From assembly GCA_963706325.1 (NCBI GenBank), contig CAVPLT010000007.1, forward strand, positions 224,001-288,000: 64,000 nt of DNA. Reading direction: 5' to 3'. The notes beneath the pieces were generated by a model. That model was not told where the DNA came from. It worked only from the letters and a program-made list of their open reading frames with translations, and ran no database searches. A program made the translations under genes and the position numbers. This document shows, piece by piece, positions 31,907 through 42,464 of the stretch. Source of the DNA: an uncultured Nitrospiraceae bacterium (lineage in GTDB: Bacteria; Nitrospirota; Nitrospiria; Nitrospirales; Nitrospiraceae). How positions within the stretch are numbered: the first letter of the stretch is position 1; each line of letters starts with the position of its first letter.

Positions 31907-33238
31907 ATGAAGCGAGGGGTTATGACGGAGCCGTTGGTGGATCTCTGTGTCATTGGAGCGGGAGCTGCGGGATTGGCAGCCAGTATTTTTGCCGCAGAAC
32001 AGAAGCCGGATCTCACCATCGAATTATTGGACGGTGCGAAGACCATTGGAGCTAAGATTCTGGTGTCAGGCGGAGGGCGCTGCAACGTCACGCATGATAC
32101 GGTGCTGCCGGCCGATTTTTTTGGCACCCCTCACCTGGTGCGCAACGTGCTCGCCGCCTTTCCGGTGGAGGAAACGGTCAGGTGGTTTGCGTCAATCGGT
32201 GTCGAGCTCAAGCGCGAGGAAACCGGCAAACTTTTTCCCGTGACCGACAAGGCACGGACCGTGCTCGACGCGCTCATCGCGCGTAGTCGAGACCTTGGCC
32301 TCGCGCTACGCCAGAGTCATCGGGTTCTTGACGTCGGTCGCCTCGGCAACATATTGGAATCAAGCCAGACGGACTCTGCCCGGTTCGTGATCCGCCACCA
32401 GCAGGGCGAGACGTTCGCGCGACGGCTCATCCTGGCCACCGGCGGGCAGTCACTGCCTCGCAGTGGAAGCGACGGATCAGGTTATGGACTCGCGCGCCGC
32501 CTGGGGCACCGGGTAACTCCTACCGTCCCCGCGTTGGTCGCCTTGGTTCTTGACGACGCCTGTTTTCATTCGGGGCTTTCGGGGCTGTCGCAGGAGGTGG
32601 AAGTGCAGACGGTGGTGGAGGGACGGTCGGTGGATCGGCGGACCGGTAGTCTGCTGTGGACCCATTTCGGGATCAGCGGGCCGGTCGTGATGGATGCAAG
32701 CCGATTCTGGTGTTTGGCCGTGGAGCGAGGTGAAACCGTTGAGCTGTTCGGGAACTTTTTACCCGGGCGAACAGCGGACCAGGCGCGCGAATGGTTTCTG
32801 ACGCAGGCTGGCAAAAATCCGCGACGGTCACTGCTGAAGATACTCGTTGAGTTACTGCCGGAGCGATGTTCCGAAGCCCTGTGTCGGCATGTCGATGCCG
32901 ATCCGCAACAGGTTGCCGCGCAGGTATCACGCGCCACCCGTGAGCGCCTCCTGAATGCCCTCACTCGCTTTCGATTTCCTGTGGCGCGCGACCGGGGCTG
33001 GAATTTTGCGGAAGTGACAGCGGGCGGGATTCCGCTGGAAGAGATCAACTATCGCACGATGGAATCCAAGCTTGTTCCGGGGTTGCATCTGGTCGGCGAG
33101 CTGCTCGACTGCGACGGTCGGATCGGCGGGTTCAATTTTCAATGGGCCTGGGCGACAGGCCGGGCAGCCGGCCGCGCGGTGGCCGCAAGCCTTGCCGGAC
33201 AGGCGAGCGGCGATAACGCCCAGACAGCGCGGCTATAG
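31907..33238 (+). CDS. HI0933/BaiN family flavoprotein
   Basis: IGAGAAG, KILVSGGGRCNVT, ATGG, THFGISGP, AEVTAGG, GGFNFQWAW. Confidence 0.93.
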   Translation: MKRGVMTEPLVDLCVIGAGAAGLAASIFAAEQKPDLTIELLDGAKTIGAKILVSGGGRCNVTHDTVLPADFFGTPHLVRNVLAAFPVEETVRWFASIGVELKREETGKLFPVTDKARTVLDALIARSRDLGLALRQSHRVLDVGRLGNILESSQTDSARFVIRHQQGETFARRLILATGGQSLPRSGSDGSGYGLARRLGHRVTPTVPALVALVLDDACFHSGLSGLSQEVEVQTVVEGRSVDRRTGSLLWTHFGISGPVVMDASRFWCLAVERGETVELFGNFLPGRTADQAREWFLTQAGKNPRRSLLKILVELLPERCSEALCRHVDADPQQVAAQVSRATRERLLNALTRFRFPVARDRGWNFAEVTAGGIPLEEINYRTMESKLVPGLHLVGELLDCDGRIGGFNFQWAWATGRAAGRAVAASLAGQASGDNAQTARL

Positions 33239-33265
33239 AGGCGAACGTGAATAGCCCTGTAGGGT

Positions 33266-34291
33266 TTATTTCAGCTCGTATCCGACCCCAAAAATGATGG
33301 CTTCGTCGGTCTTTTTGCGTCCAGGGGCCGGCTGGGTGTTCAGTCGAAAGTCGTATTCCACATTGAAGAAGATTTGTTTATACACAGTGATTCGAACCCC
33401 TTGGTCCGCATTGAATCGGAATGCGTTGCCCTCATTGATGTCATAAAATCCCTCATGCCGGTGGAACAATTTGACCCGGTCCGGCCACAGGCCATGTTCC
33501 CATCGCAGGCTCCAGCGCGCGGAGGGAGTCTGATTGGTGGGACTATTCGTGAAGTGCTCACTCACGTGAGCGAGACCAATAGACAATGACAACGTTGTGC
33601 GGGCCGTCTCCAAGAATTGATAACCGAGGCCGCTGCCGATGGTGGAGCGAAGTTGCAGGTTCTGCAGGGTGTCTTGTTCCAGCATCCCGAACGTTTCGAT
33701 GAAGACCTCTTTGCTGATGAAGTAATTGTGTTTCAGGCTCGCCAGAGAATTCCGGGCGGTCACTTGATCGCCGGCCGCCCCGTAATTGTATTTGCCTTCG
33801 AACAAGAGACGCTGGCGGTACGCACTCAGCATGAAGCGCGCGGCGCCGTTAAAGGCTTTCGCGTTGCTGTTTCCTGATGTATTGTTCCCGCCGATCGTGA
33901 GCGTGCCGGTCAATTGAATGGGTTCGAGATTGATCGCCGTAATCTCCGTCAACGGCACGGGACCATCCGGGCTCAATTCCCTGACTTCCTGGATGGTCTG
34001 TGCGCCGTTCAAAAAGCGTCGGATGGGATCGTGAGATTCCCCGGGTACCATGATTTTCAGCGGGACGTCGGATGACAGACGCTGCACTTTTCCCCACTCG
34101 ATCTTGATCTCACCGCCGTAATCCGTCTGCAGGGTCAGAACGTTTTCTTCCATTTTGACGATCGTTCCTGTAAGGCGATCTCCATTCAGGAGATACACTT
34201 CGTCTGCCCAGGCGGGCGTGACGAGCCAAAAGCTCAGAAGGACAATGGACCATTGCCGGCGCAGGGCTCGGTAAGTGCGATAACGGTGCAT
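33266..34291 (-). CDS. DUF481 domain outer-membrane protein
   Basis: Signal peptide AWA|DEVYLLNGDRLTG; beta-barrel ending FGVGYELK. Confidence 0.85.
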   Translation of the reverse strand: MHRYRTYRALRRQWSIVLLSFWLVTPAWADEVYLLNGDRLTGTIVKMEENVLTLQTDYGGEIKIEWGKVQRLSSDVPLKIMVPGESHDPIRRFLNGAQTIQEVRELSPDGPVPLTEITAINLEPIQLTGTLTIGGNNTSGNSNAKAFNGAARFMLSAYRQRLLFEGKYNYGAAGDQVTARNSLASLKHNYFISKEVFIETFGMLEQDTLQNLQLRSTIGSGLGYQFLETARTTLSLSIGLAHVSEHFTNSPTNQTPSARWSLRWEHGLWPDRVKLFHRHEGFYDINEGNAFRFNADQGVRITVYKQIFFNVEYDFRLNTQPAPGRKKTDEAIIFGVGYELK

Positions 34292-34443
34292 GAGTGGGGA
34301 GTCAATAATAGAAGGGCCTACAACTCATCCGAGAGGCATGGTGCGGCAATCTGTTCGACCAGCCCACCCTAATAGAGAGCGTCGTGAGTTGCAAGGGTTG
34401 GAGTGAGATAAAATCACATGGGACAGGTCTCGTCAACCATCCA

Positions 34444-35170
34444 TTATTTCGCGATCGTAATGCTGGGAACTCCTGTGCGTGGAAGGTCGGTGATGGTCAT
34501 CTGGAAAAGCTGTGAGAGCAGTTTGAACGCTTCGCGATTCCAGCGACCTTGAGGCCCGTTGGCGTTGACGGCGTAGTGGTGTCCGTGGGAGCGGACCGAC
34601 AGGTCTGATTTGGCCGGCGCGTTCTCCAACTACCAGCAAGGCCATGGTTTTGACCGGATTCTCGGCGACCGGCGGGGTGCGGAGGTCTTTTCCACATGAT
34701 GCTCCGCTTCCTCCTCGACCGATCGACCCAGAAAGTTCAGCATCGCATTGAAGCTGCGCAGCCTGAAGTCGCCGTGCAACGGCCAATCGCCCCCATAATG
34801 GCCGGCTCGAATGTCGAAGGACACATCGTTGACCGGACGTTGATCCGCCGTTTCGTGCAGGCGGATCCGTTCCATCTCGGGAAGCGTGGCGGGATCGTAG
34901 TTCGTAATCAGGATCCGTCCGGACATCGGTTTTCGCAAGGTATAGGTGCGGTGGGCGGAATCGTAGGTGATGAGATACTGCTGTTCCAGCGCAGTGAAGC
35001 CTTTCGCCGTCACGGACTCGGCCGGAATGGTCCAGGTCCGTTCAAAGGTCAACGCTTCCGCATAGAGGTGATTGGCATCTTGAATCGCCGAGAGATGCAG
35101 CACAACTTTTCGGAATATTTCGTCGCCGTATCTGTCGACGGGATTGTTACGATAGGCAACCTCTCCGCAA
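34444..35170 (-). pseudogene. 5'-truncated, doubly frameshifted hypothetical gene
   Basis: Protein-like text continues across three ORFs: ...EEEAEHHVEK / DLRTPPVAENPVKTMALLV / ENAPAKSDL...PSITIAK*; the 5' part of ORF 34630-35493 is antisense to the next gene. Confidence 0.6.
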
Positions 35171-35290
35171 TTGGAGGAGCTCGGGACATATCGCTGCAAG
35201 ACGGGTGAAGATCGTGTTAACTGTGACAGGAACTCTCGCCTCGGGACCGCGGTTTGTTTTATCATCGGGGTTGAAAAACATGGGGGCACG

Positions 35291-36079
35291 ATGGACACGA
35301 AGCGAATGAGAGGGTGTGTTCTCTGCATCACCGTCATGATGGCCTGCTCGATTGCCGGATGCGGCAGCTCAGCGAAGCTCATGCATGGGCTCAGCATTGA
35401 GGAGTTGAAACCAGTGCCGGGCATCTTGCCCAGCGCGAGGCTGGTCAGGGGCACCATCAGCGGCATTGCCGGCGATCGCGTGGAGGTCAACACCGGCGAA
35501 CGAACCCCGCGATACCTGTCGCTCGAGGCCGGAGGGGACGAAGCTCGTGGCCTGCAGGTTGGGGGAGCGGTTGAGATTATGGTGAATGATCGGGATGAGA
35601 TCGTGACGTATCAGCGTCCCGCCGAAATCTTGCCGACGAAAATCTTCCGAGGCGCTCTGGGAAAGCCGTTCAATCCTGAGAAAGAGCGCGTGACGATTCG
35701 TCTCGACACGGGACGGGACGTCGGATTTTACGCGCGTCGCGTCGCCATGGAAAAGCTTGCCGCCCTGGAGGTCGGCGAAACAGCCGATTTTGCCGTGGAT
35801 CGAGCCTACCTTCTCGTCGATGTCTTCTCCCTAGGAAAGCCGCGCGAATTGGCCGTCGGCTCATCTTCTCGGGCACCCCAGCGGCGCGTGGAAGGCGCTT
35901 TTGTGACCATCGGGGATGGGCGAGTGCGCCTTCGCGTGAAAATCGATGACATTCAGTCTTTTCCCGTGCGGCCGTTGCTTCAGCCGGCGATCGAGCAGTT
36001 GGCTCCTAACGAGTCGGTATCCGTCTATCTCGATGCACAGGGACAGGTGATTGATATGAATCAAGTGGCGCGGCGCTGA
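35291..36079 (+). CDS. Hypothetical lipoprotein with three repeated small beta domains
   Basis: Lipobox IAG-C; three ~70-aa similar units (V.G.I...V.V...L.VG..V.I.VD). Confidence 0.65.
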   Translation: MDTKRMRGCVLCITVMMACSIAGCGSSAKLMHGLSIEELKPVPGILPSARLVRGTISGIAGDRVEVNTGERTPRYLSLEAGGDEARGLQVGGAVEIMVNDRDEIVTYQRPAEILPTKIFRGALGKPFNPEKERVTIRLDTGRDVGFYARRVAMEKLAALEVGETADFAVDRAYLLVDVFSLGKPRELAVGSSSRAPQRRVEGAFVTIGDGRVRLRVKIDDIQSFPVRPLLQPAIEQLAPNESVSVYLDAQGQVIDMNQVARR

Positions 36080-36085
36080 AGGCCG

Positions 36086-37012
36086 TCAGCGACGGGGGGG
36101 AAGTTTGACGATGTTCGTGATCAGCCAATCGTTCAGGCGTGCCGGAAGGAGTAACGCCAGATATGTGCGAATGGCCGCGTCCGACCCGAGGAGGTAACGA
36201 GATTTCGGCCAGCGAGATCGTAGCGCATGGGCGACAGCGTCGGCGACGACCTTGGCCGGCTGGGCCTGTTCTCCCGCGGCCGTCGCCGCCTCTTTGACAC
36301 GGGTGAAGCCTTCTTGGTACATGGCCTTGAGGTCGTGGCTCCAGGACGCATCCCACCGATCCACTTCCTTTCTGGTCTTTCCCCAAATCGGCGTGGCGAT
36401 GGCGCCGGGCTCGATGAGCGCGACACGGATTCCCCACGGTTGCAGTTCGATGCGAAGCGCGTCGGTGACCGCAACCAATGCATGCTTCGACGCCGCATAG
36501 GGGGCCATGAATGGCATGCTGGCGCGGCCGGCGATGGACCCCATGTTGATGATGCGTCCCCGACCCTTGCGGATCAGCGGAAGAAACGTTTGTGTGGTGG
36601 CGATGAGACCGAACAGGTTCACTTCGAATTGGCGCCGCCAGTCGGTAAGCGGCAGGGCTTCGATGGGACCGGCGACGCCGATCCCGGCATTGTTGATTAG
36701 ACCCGCGAGACCGTGATCGCCTATCATGGCTGTGACCGTGTGACTTGCGCCCGCGATAGAGGCAGGGTCGGTGACGTCCAGGCGAATCGGCATCAGGCGC
36801 GGACCGGCTTGGCGTTGGAGAGTTTCGCCGTCGGCAGGATTCCGGATGCCCGCGAAGACGCGGTAGCCAAGCGAATCGAGTGTGAGGGCACAGGCGGCGC
36901 CGATGCCGGTAGAGGCGCCCGTGATCACGACGGCGTCGGATCGCGGAATTTGTGAAAGCAGATTGAGCATATCGGGTAGTGGCTCCTCTGGTCTGGCCGC
37001 GTACCCTACCAT
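36086..37012 (-). CDS. SDR family oxidoreductase
   Basis: TGASTGIG, NNAG, YAASK. Confidence 0.93.
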   Translation of the reverse strand: MVGYAARPEEPLPDMLNLLSQIPRSDAVVITGASTGIGAACALTLDSLGYRVFAGIRNPADGETLQRQAGPRLMPIRLDVTDPASIAGASHTVTAMIGDHGLAGLINNAGIGVAGPIEALPLTDWRRQFEVNLFGLIATTQTFLPLIRKGRGRIINMGSIAGRASMPFMAPYAASKHALVAVTDALRIELQPWGIRVALIEPGAIATPIWGKTRKEVDRWDASWSHDLKAMYQEGFTRVKEAATAAGEQAQPAKVVADAVAHALRSRWPKSRYLLGSDAAIRTYLALLLPARLNDWLITNIVKLPPRR

Positions 37013-37129
37013 AAATTATGGCGCTCCCCACAATCCCTTTCGAAGCACCGCTCGTTGTAGAGGCGGGTAGGCGATCGCTCAGGAAGCCTCGATGATTCAT
37101 CGGTCAGGGCATCGGGTGGGGGTAGGTAA

Positions 37130-38578
37130 ATGGGGGAAGATATGACTATGCAAGAATGGCGCAGGATGTTGCTGCTCACCGGGTTGTTGGGCATGGGGGG
37201 CTGCGCTCTGATGCCTCGTGAGTCATCGGGCCCCATCGCTGAAACAGTGCGTGATCGACGTCCCGCAATCGCGGGCGGGCATTCGCCCGAAAGAACTGTG
37301 ACGGTGCATCCTCGCGAGATCGACGATCTTTTATCCAACCCCGGTATGGGGTTTGCGGACTTCCATTTTGGCTTCGGTCATCCGCCTCCGGTCGAGCAAT
37401 ATCCCCATGCCACCGTGGCCTATTTTCGCTGGCCTTGGGCCGAGCTTGAACCGGCCGAGGGCCAATACAACTTCGCGCTGGTCGACCAGGTGATCGAGCA
37501 GGCCAAGGCAAAAGGCGAGACGCTCGCCATTCGGATCGTGTCCGAATATAAGACCGGCTCCCCGCTATGGTTGCTCAACAAGGGCGTGGCCAGTGTAAAG
37601 GAGTCGGACGGCATCTTTCCCGATCACAACAACCCGATCTTTCTTGACTACCATGAACGTCTCATCCGCGCCTTCGGCGATCGCTATGGACGATCAGTTG
37701 ATATCGATCACGTGGATATCGGATCGGTGGGATGTTGGGGCGAGTGGAACACCGCTTGTTGCGGAGGTGTCGAAGCACAGTGCAAAGCATTTTATCCTAC
37801 AGAGGCCAACCAGATCGCGATTACGGATTGGTATCTCAAATATTTTTCCGGCACTCCGCTCGTCATGTTGGTCGGCGGCCAGTTAGAGTATGCGACGGCT
37901 CGGGGCGCAGGCTGGCGCGGCGATTGTTACGGTGACTATAACTATTTTGGCCCGACGTGGAATCATATGGAGCATGTGTACACACCCGCTGCCGGCAACC
38001 CCATTGTGGGCGAGGCCTGGAAGCGCGGGCCGGTGCAGCTTGAAGTCTGCGGGTACATCCATGAGTGGTATGAGCGCGGGTTCGACCTCGAGCGAATTTT
38101 AGAAAAAGGGCTGGAGTGGCATCTCTCGGTGCTGAACGCGAAGTCGAAGCCGGTGCCGGCGGCGTGGCGACCACGCTTCGATGAATTTTTGAAAAAGATC
38201 GGCTATCGATTTGTATTGCGTGAAATGAGCCATGCCTGGGAGCTGAGATCGGGTGAGCCGCTCACCCTCCGATCACGCTGGGATAATATCGGGGTGGCGC
38301 CGATCTATCACACCTGGCCGCTGGCCTACCGGTTGCGGTCGAGTTCCGATCACGTGGTGGCGCAGTGGACCAGCCATGCCGATGTGAAGCAGTGGTTGCC
38401 AGGACCCATTCCCCAGATTGAGGATACGTTGGTGGTGCCAGAGCGCATTCCTGCAGACTCCTATGCCATCGATGTGGCGATTCTGTCCGAGGATGGCCGT
38501 TCCGCTCATGTCGAACTGGCGATCGAAGGGAAACGGACGGATCGTTGGTATCCGGTCTCCAGCGTCAGGATTCGCTAA
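37130..38578 (+). CDS. DUF4832 / glycoside hydrolase-like lipoprotein
   Basis: NPGMG, YFRWPWAELEPAEGQYNF, GCWGEW, GYRF, NIGVAPIY; MGG-C. Confidence 0.75.
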   Translation: MGEDMTMQEWRRMLLLTGLLGMGGCALMPRESSGPIAETVRDRRPAIAGGHSPERTVTVHPREIDDLLSNPGMGFADFHFGFGHPPPVEQYPHATVAYFRWPWAELEPAEGQYNFALVDQVIEQAKAKGETLAIRIVSEYKTGSPLWLLNKGVASVKESDGIFPDHNNPIFLDYHERLIRAFGDRYGRSVDIDHVDIGSVGCWGEWNTACCGGVEAQCKAFYPTEANQIAITDWYLKYFSGTPLVMLVGGQLEYATARGAGWRGDCYGDYNYFGPTWNHMEHVYTPAAGNPIVGEAWKRGPVQLEVCGYIHEWYERGFDLERILEKGLEWHLSVLNAKSKPVPAAWRPRFDEFLKKIGYRFVLREMSHAWELRSGEPLTLRSRWDNIGVAPIYHTWPLAYRLRSSSDHVVAQWTSHADVKQWLPGPIPQIEDTLVVPERIPADSYAIDVAILSEDGRSAHVELAIEGKRTDRWYPVSSVRIR

Positions 38579-38654
38579 TATATGGGTGAAGGACGGAGCC
38601 TCGGCAGTGTATGTGGAAATGATGCCGGGTGAGGAGCGAACTGCCTGGCGTTCG

Positions 38655-39570
38655 CTAGGCGGCGCGTACCTGGACATCGGTAGTACCGTTGAGCACCGCG
38701 AGCACTCGATTGCCGTTCCCACAATATTCGATCTGGTCGAAGCTAACCTTATTGGCCATGGCGATGCCGCGACCGTGGGTGTCGAATGCTCGTTCAGGAT
38801 CGAAGTCTAAGTACTTGCGCCATTCAAACCCATTGCCCTGATCCGCGATATGCAACGTGAGCCGGTCCGAGTGGCGGGCGAAATGGGCGGTGACAACTCG
38901 CGAAGCATAGAGAGGATCAGCGAGCCGTTTCGCAATTACGTGTTCCAGCATCTCCTGATCGAGGAGCCGCGGTTTGCCGTATACCCGATATTCAAATTGC
39001 CATGTTCCACTGCATTCAAGGTGAGCTCGAGAATGCCGGTTACCACCCGATGTGGATCGGGATAGGCGTGGGCGAGGAGCATCGCAAGACTTTTCGCTTC
39101 ATCCGGCGTTCTGAATGTGAATGTCGCGGAATTCAGTAGGCGCATGGTGGCGGTTGTTCGGGTGAGATCGCCCCGCACTTCCAGGTAACTGGTGCGATCG
39201 CGGATCGCGGCGTCGACGATGGCCAGCAAAGTCCCTTGATCAAACGGCTTCGCTAAATAATAGTAGGCTCCGGCCTGTAACCCCTCCAGCGTTTGCTGTG
39301 GTGTCGTAGCCGCAGTCTGCATGATCACGGGGATTTGGCTGAGGATAGGGTGCTGTTTCATCTTCTGGAGGACTTCCATCCCATCCATCCCGGGCATCAT
39401 GCGATCGAGTAAGACCGCGTGGAACCGGTCTGGATCTCGCTGCAGCGACTCCCAGGCTTGACCGCCGCTCATTGCCGTGGCCAATGCGTACCCCTGGGTT
39501 GAAGGCGTTCGATCAGAATGTGGTGGTTCAGGAGAGAATCATCGACGAGCAACAGCTGTGTATGTGAACG
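38655..39570 (-). pseudogene. Response regulator fused to an RsbW-like HATPase domain, split by frameshifts
   Basis: LLLVDD / GYALATA...LLDRMMPGMDG...KPF...ELTLNAVEHGNL / DQGNGF...HGRGI in three frames; no clear start codon. Confidence 0.8.
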
Positions 39571-39627
39571 GGCAGCGTAACGCTGTTACCGGTGGACAGT
39601 CTAGCGGCTTGGAGATGACTAGCATCC

Positions 39628-39655
39628 GTATCGGAGCGAGAGGGAAAGGACTTTA
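39628..39655 (-). promoter_or_regulatory. Putative sigma-28 (FliA) promoter
   Basis: Minus strand TAAA-N16-TCCGATAC versus consensus TAAA-N15/16-GCCGATAA. Confidence 0.5.
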
Positions 39656-39680
39656 GCGTGGGAAGGAGAAGGACGGGTCA

Positions 39681-39717
39681 AGGACTCCACCAGGCTCAAA
39701 TGACCGAGTGGAGTCCT
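39681..39717 (-). terminator. Hairpin downstream of fkpA
   Basis: AGGACTCCAC-N17-GTGGAGTCCT perfect 10-bp stem; no strong U-tract. Confidence 0.5.
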
Positions 39718-39731
39718 CTAGGTACTTCTCT

Positions 39732-40409
39732 TTACTGCTTGACGATATCTAGGAGTTCCACTTCAAACACCAGCGTGGCGCCCGGTTTAATGACAGGAGG
39801 TGAACCGCGATCCCCGTAGGCAATTCCCGACGGACAGACCAGCTTGCTTTTTCCACCGACCTTGATCAATTGCACCGCTTCAGTCCAACATTTGATCACC
39901 TGATTGAGTGGGAAGGTAGCCGGCTCGCCGCGTTTGACGGAGCTGTCAAAGACGGTTCCATCGGTCAGTGTGCCGTGGTAATGGACCTTCACGGTATCGG
40001 TCGCTTTCGGAGTGGCTCCTTTGCCTTCCTTGATCGTGGTCACAATGGCGCCCGATTCCGTTTTCTTTGCGCCCGGTTCCGCGGCGGCTTTGGTGATGAA
40101 TCCGGCCCCGGCTTTCTTTTCGACATCGGCCAGCGCAGAGGAACGCACTTGCTGCATATGTTGAATTTTCGGACCGAAGACTTGCAGGTCGACCTTTTGC
40201 GGTCGCTTCATCACTCCGTCCGTCAGGCCGGATCTTACAAATTCGAGTTCAGTTTCATTGAGCGTGAACGGCTCCAACGATTGACTGAGCGCCACGCCGA
40301 GGGCGTACAGGGTTTTCTGTTCATCGTTGGCTGGTTCTGGGCCTGCGGCCCAAGTGAGCGAGGACATAAGGAGGACAACTGCGGAGAGGGCACCGGTCAC
40401 ATGACGCAT
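39732..40409 (-). CDS. fkpA: FKBP-type peptidyl-prolyl isomerase (FkpA/Mip)
   Basis: Signal peptide; YALG; VKVHYHGTLTDGTVFDSS; AYG; LVFEVELL. Confidence 0.92.
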   Translation of the reverse strand: MRHVTGALSAVVLLMSSLTWAAGPEPANDEQKTLYALGVALSQSLEPFTLNETELEFVRSGLTDGVMKRPQKVDLQVFGPKIQHMQQVRSSALADVEKKAGAGFITKAAAEPGAKKTESGAIVTTIKEGKGATPKATDTVKVHYHGTLTDGTVFDSSVKRGEPATFPLNQVIKCWTEAVQLIKVGGKSKLVCPSGIAYGDRGSPPVIKPGATLVFEVELLDIVKQ

Positions 40410-40488
40410 GGACGATCCTTTCTGCTGAAAAAGCGAGCCTGTACCCACCTTATGTCAGACTGCCCCTGCGGCTCAAGAAAATTTTTGC

Positions 40489-40616
40489 GCAGGTTGATGA
40501 AAATGGTCGCACGCTTCGTTTTCAGTTGCGACTCTCATTGCAACGTACCCCCGTGCGTACGCCTCACTCGCGTCGCCCCTTGCGGCCTTGCTGGACGACC
40601 ATGTTGAGCAGCCTGC
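40489..40616. repeat. MITE-like inverted-repeat element (128 bp)
   Basis: GCAGGTTGATGAAAATGGTCG ... CGACCATGTTGAGCAGCCTGC, 17/21 complementary; ends similar to the 43523 element. Confidence 0.7.
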
Positions 40617-40629
40617 TGTGGAGGTGCGG

Positions 40630-41574
40630 TCAGGAGAGCCGAGCGCGTCCATGCGGGCTGGTGAGATCCAGGAGCGGCCCGATGGGGACGATGCGAGTCG
40701 GGTTGATGTCGTGATGCGTGCTGTAATAGTGCCGTTTGATGTGGTCGAAATTGACCGTGTCGGCGACGCGTGCCACCTGGTACAGGTCTTTGAGATACCC
40801 GGAGAGATGCGGGTAATCGACGATACGCCGGAGGTTGCATTTGAAATGGCCATGATAAACGGCATCGAACCGAAGCAGCGTGACAAACAGTCGCCAGTCG
40901 GACTCGACGTACTGTGATCCGAAAAGATACCGCTGGTCGCGAAGCCTGATCTCAAGTTGGTCTAGTCCCTCGAACAGCCGGTGAGCCGCGCGTTCATAGG
41001 CCCGTTGGGACGTGGCAAACCCGGCGCGATAGACACCATCGTTGATCGTTTCGTAGATGAATGTGTTTAAGGCGTCGATCTCCTGCCTCAGGGCGGCGGG
41101 GTACAAGTCCAACGTACTGTCGGTAAACTGATTGAAGGCTCCATTGAAGATGCGCATGAGATCGTCGTCGGAGTTGGTCACGATCCGATGAGTGACCGTA
41201 TCCCACAGCGCTGGTACGGTGACACGGCCGCGATAGCCGGGGTCGGTGGCGCGATAGGCTTCAGCGAGATACTGAAACCCGTTGAGGGAGTCGATCGAAT
41301 GGCCGGGACCATGATGAAAGGCCCAACCGCGTTCGTCGCGGATCGGATCGACGACCGTCATGCCGATCACCGACTCCAAGCGTTTCAGGACGCGGACGAT
41401 GATCGTGCGGTGCGCCCAGGGACAGGCGAGGGAGACGTACAAGTGATAGCGCCCAGCTGCGGCAGGATAGGCGGAGCGGCCGTCGTCGGTGACCCAGTCA
41501 CGGAAGGCATCGCTTTGCCGTTTGAATTCGCCTGTGTCCGTATGTTCATTCGGAAATTGTGGATGTCCCTGCAT
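40630..41574 (-). CDS. yqjG: Glutathionyl-hydroquinone reductase (GST omega/Xi-like)
   Basis: RYHLYVSLACPWAHR, TVP, NDGVYRAGFA, RFDAVY, HIKRHYY. Confidence 0.93.
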   Translation of the reverse strand: MQGHPQFPNEHTDTGEFKRQSDAFRDWVTDDGRSAYPAAAGRYHLYVSLACPWAHRTIIVRVLKRLESVIGMTVVDPIRDERGWAFHHGPGHSIDSLNGFQYLAEAYRATDPGYRGRVTVPALWDTVTHRIVTNSDDDLMRIFNGAFNQFTDSTLDLYPAALRQEIDALNTFIYETINDGVYRAGFATSQRAYERAAHRLFEGLDQLEIRLRDQRYLFGSQYVESDWRLFVTLLRFDAVYHGHFKCNLRRIVDYPHLSGYLKDLYQVARVADTVNFDHIKRHYYSTHHDINPTRIVPIGPLLDLTSPHGRARLS

Positions 41575-41808
41575 CGGATAGTTCTCCTACGGCGCGTCCC
41601 ACCATGGCCACAACCGACTTGCGTCGTCAATCATCTCTGGCTGCGTTGCAGGCTAGGAGAGGAGGCGACTTATTTATTATCAGTCTGCGTAGGCCCACGG
41701 GGAGCGGAGAGATCCCACCCGACGGAAAACAACATGAGGAAACCCAGCGGCGGCGGTTTGTACGCGCGGCAATGCAGGATGGCGATTGGTTGGAAACGGG
41801 CGTGAGAA

Positions 41809-42303
41809 TTACCAACGTCGATGCCATCGACCGAAATAAGGGCGGTAAAAACGCGGCCCCCAGGCATAGGGGCGGCCGTAATAGGGCGATCCGTAAAGCC
41901 AGGGACGGCCGAGGTAGAGGCCCAAGCCTACGGACGGATACCCGTAGAGTAATCCCGGTGAGACATAGCCATAGGTGGAAACTGAGGACGATTGTTCGGA
42001 CATCTGACGCTGAAGATCGGCAGTCACCGCGCTTTGCCGATCGGTCTGCTCTTTCAGCTGACCAACGGTGCTTTGCTGAAGGTGGACCTCCGCCTCCAGT
42101 TTTGAAATTTTTTCACGCTGGATTTCGATAAAAGCCTGGAGACATCGCGTATGCGCGTCACCGGCATAGTTGGAACATTCCCAAGGGCCTGAGGTCTCGG
42201 CAGCCTGAAGAGGAGCGATAGGAAGAATGAGGCAGAGCCCTAACATGAATGAACCGCCCCATCGATGCGGAAAGCCTGATCGTCTGATCCTAAGAGGTGC
42301 CAT
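41809..42303 (-). CDS. Hypothetical secreted protein (coiled coil, Gly/Tyr/Pro-rich tail)
   Basis: AAGGAGG RBS; signal-like segment; Cys pair; coiled coil. Confidence 0.65.
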   Translation of the reverse strand: MAPLRIRRSGFPHRWGGSFMLGLCLILPIAPLQAAETSGPWECSNYAGDAHTRCLQAFIEIQREKISKLEAEVHLQQSTVGQLKEQTDRQSAVTADLQRQMSEQSSSVSTYGYVSPGLLYGYPSVGLGLYLGRPWLYGSPYYGRPYAWGPRFYRPYFGRWHRRW

Positions 42304-42464
42304 GGACGTCCTCCTTGGCTAGCTAGAATGAGCCTATCATGTCCCTGTCTGTGAAGACTAGCTCAGGCTAGCAGTAAAAAGAACGTCGCACCTTGCGAGA
42401 GGTTGACATCAGACCGAAGGGAATGGTTCTTTGCCGTCAGGGTTACAAGTGGAAAGGAGAGAGA

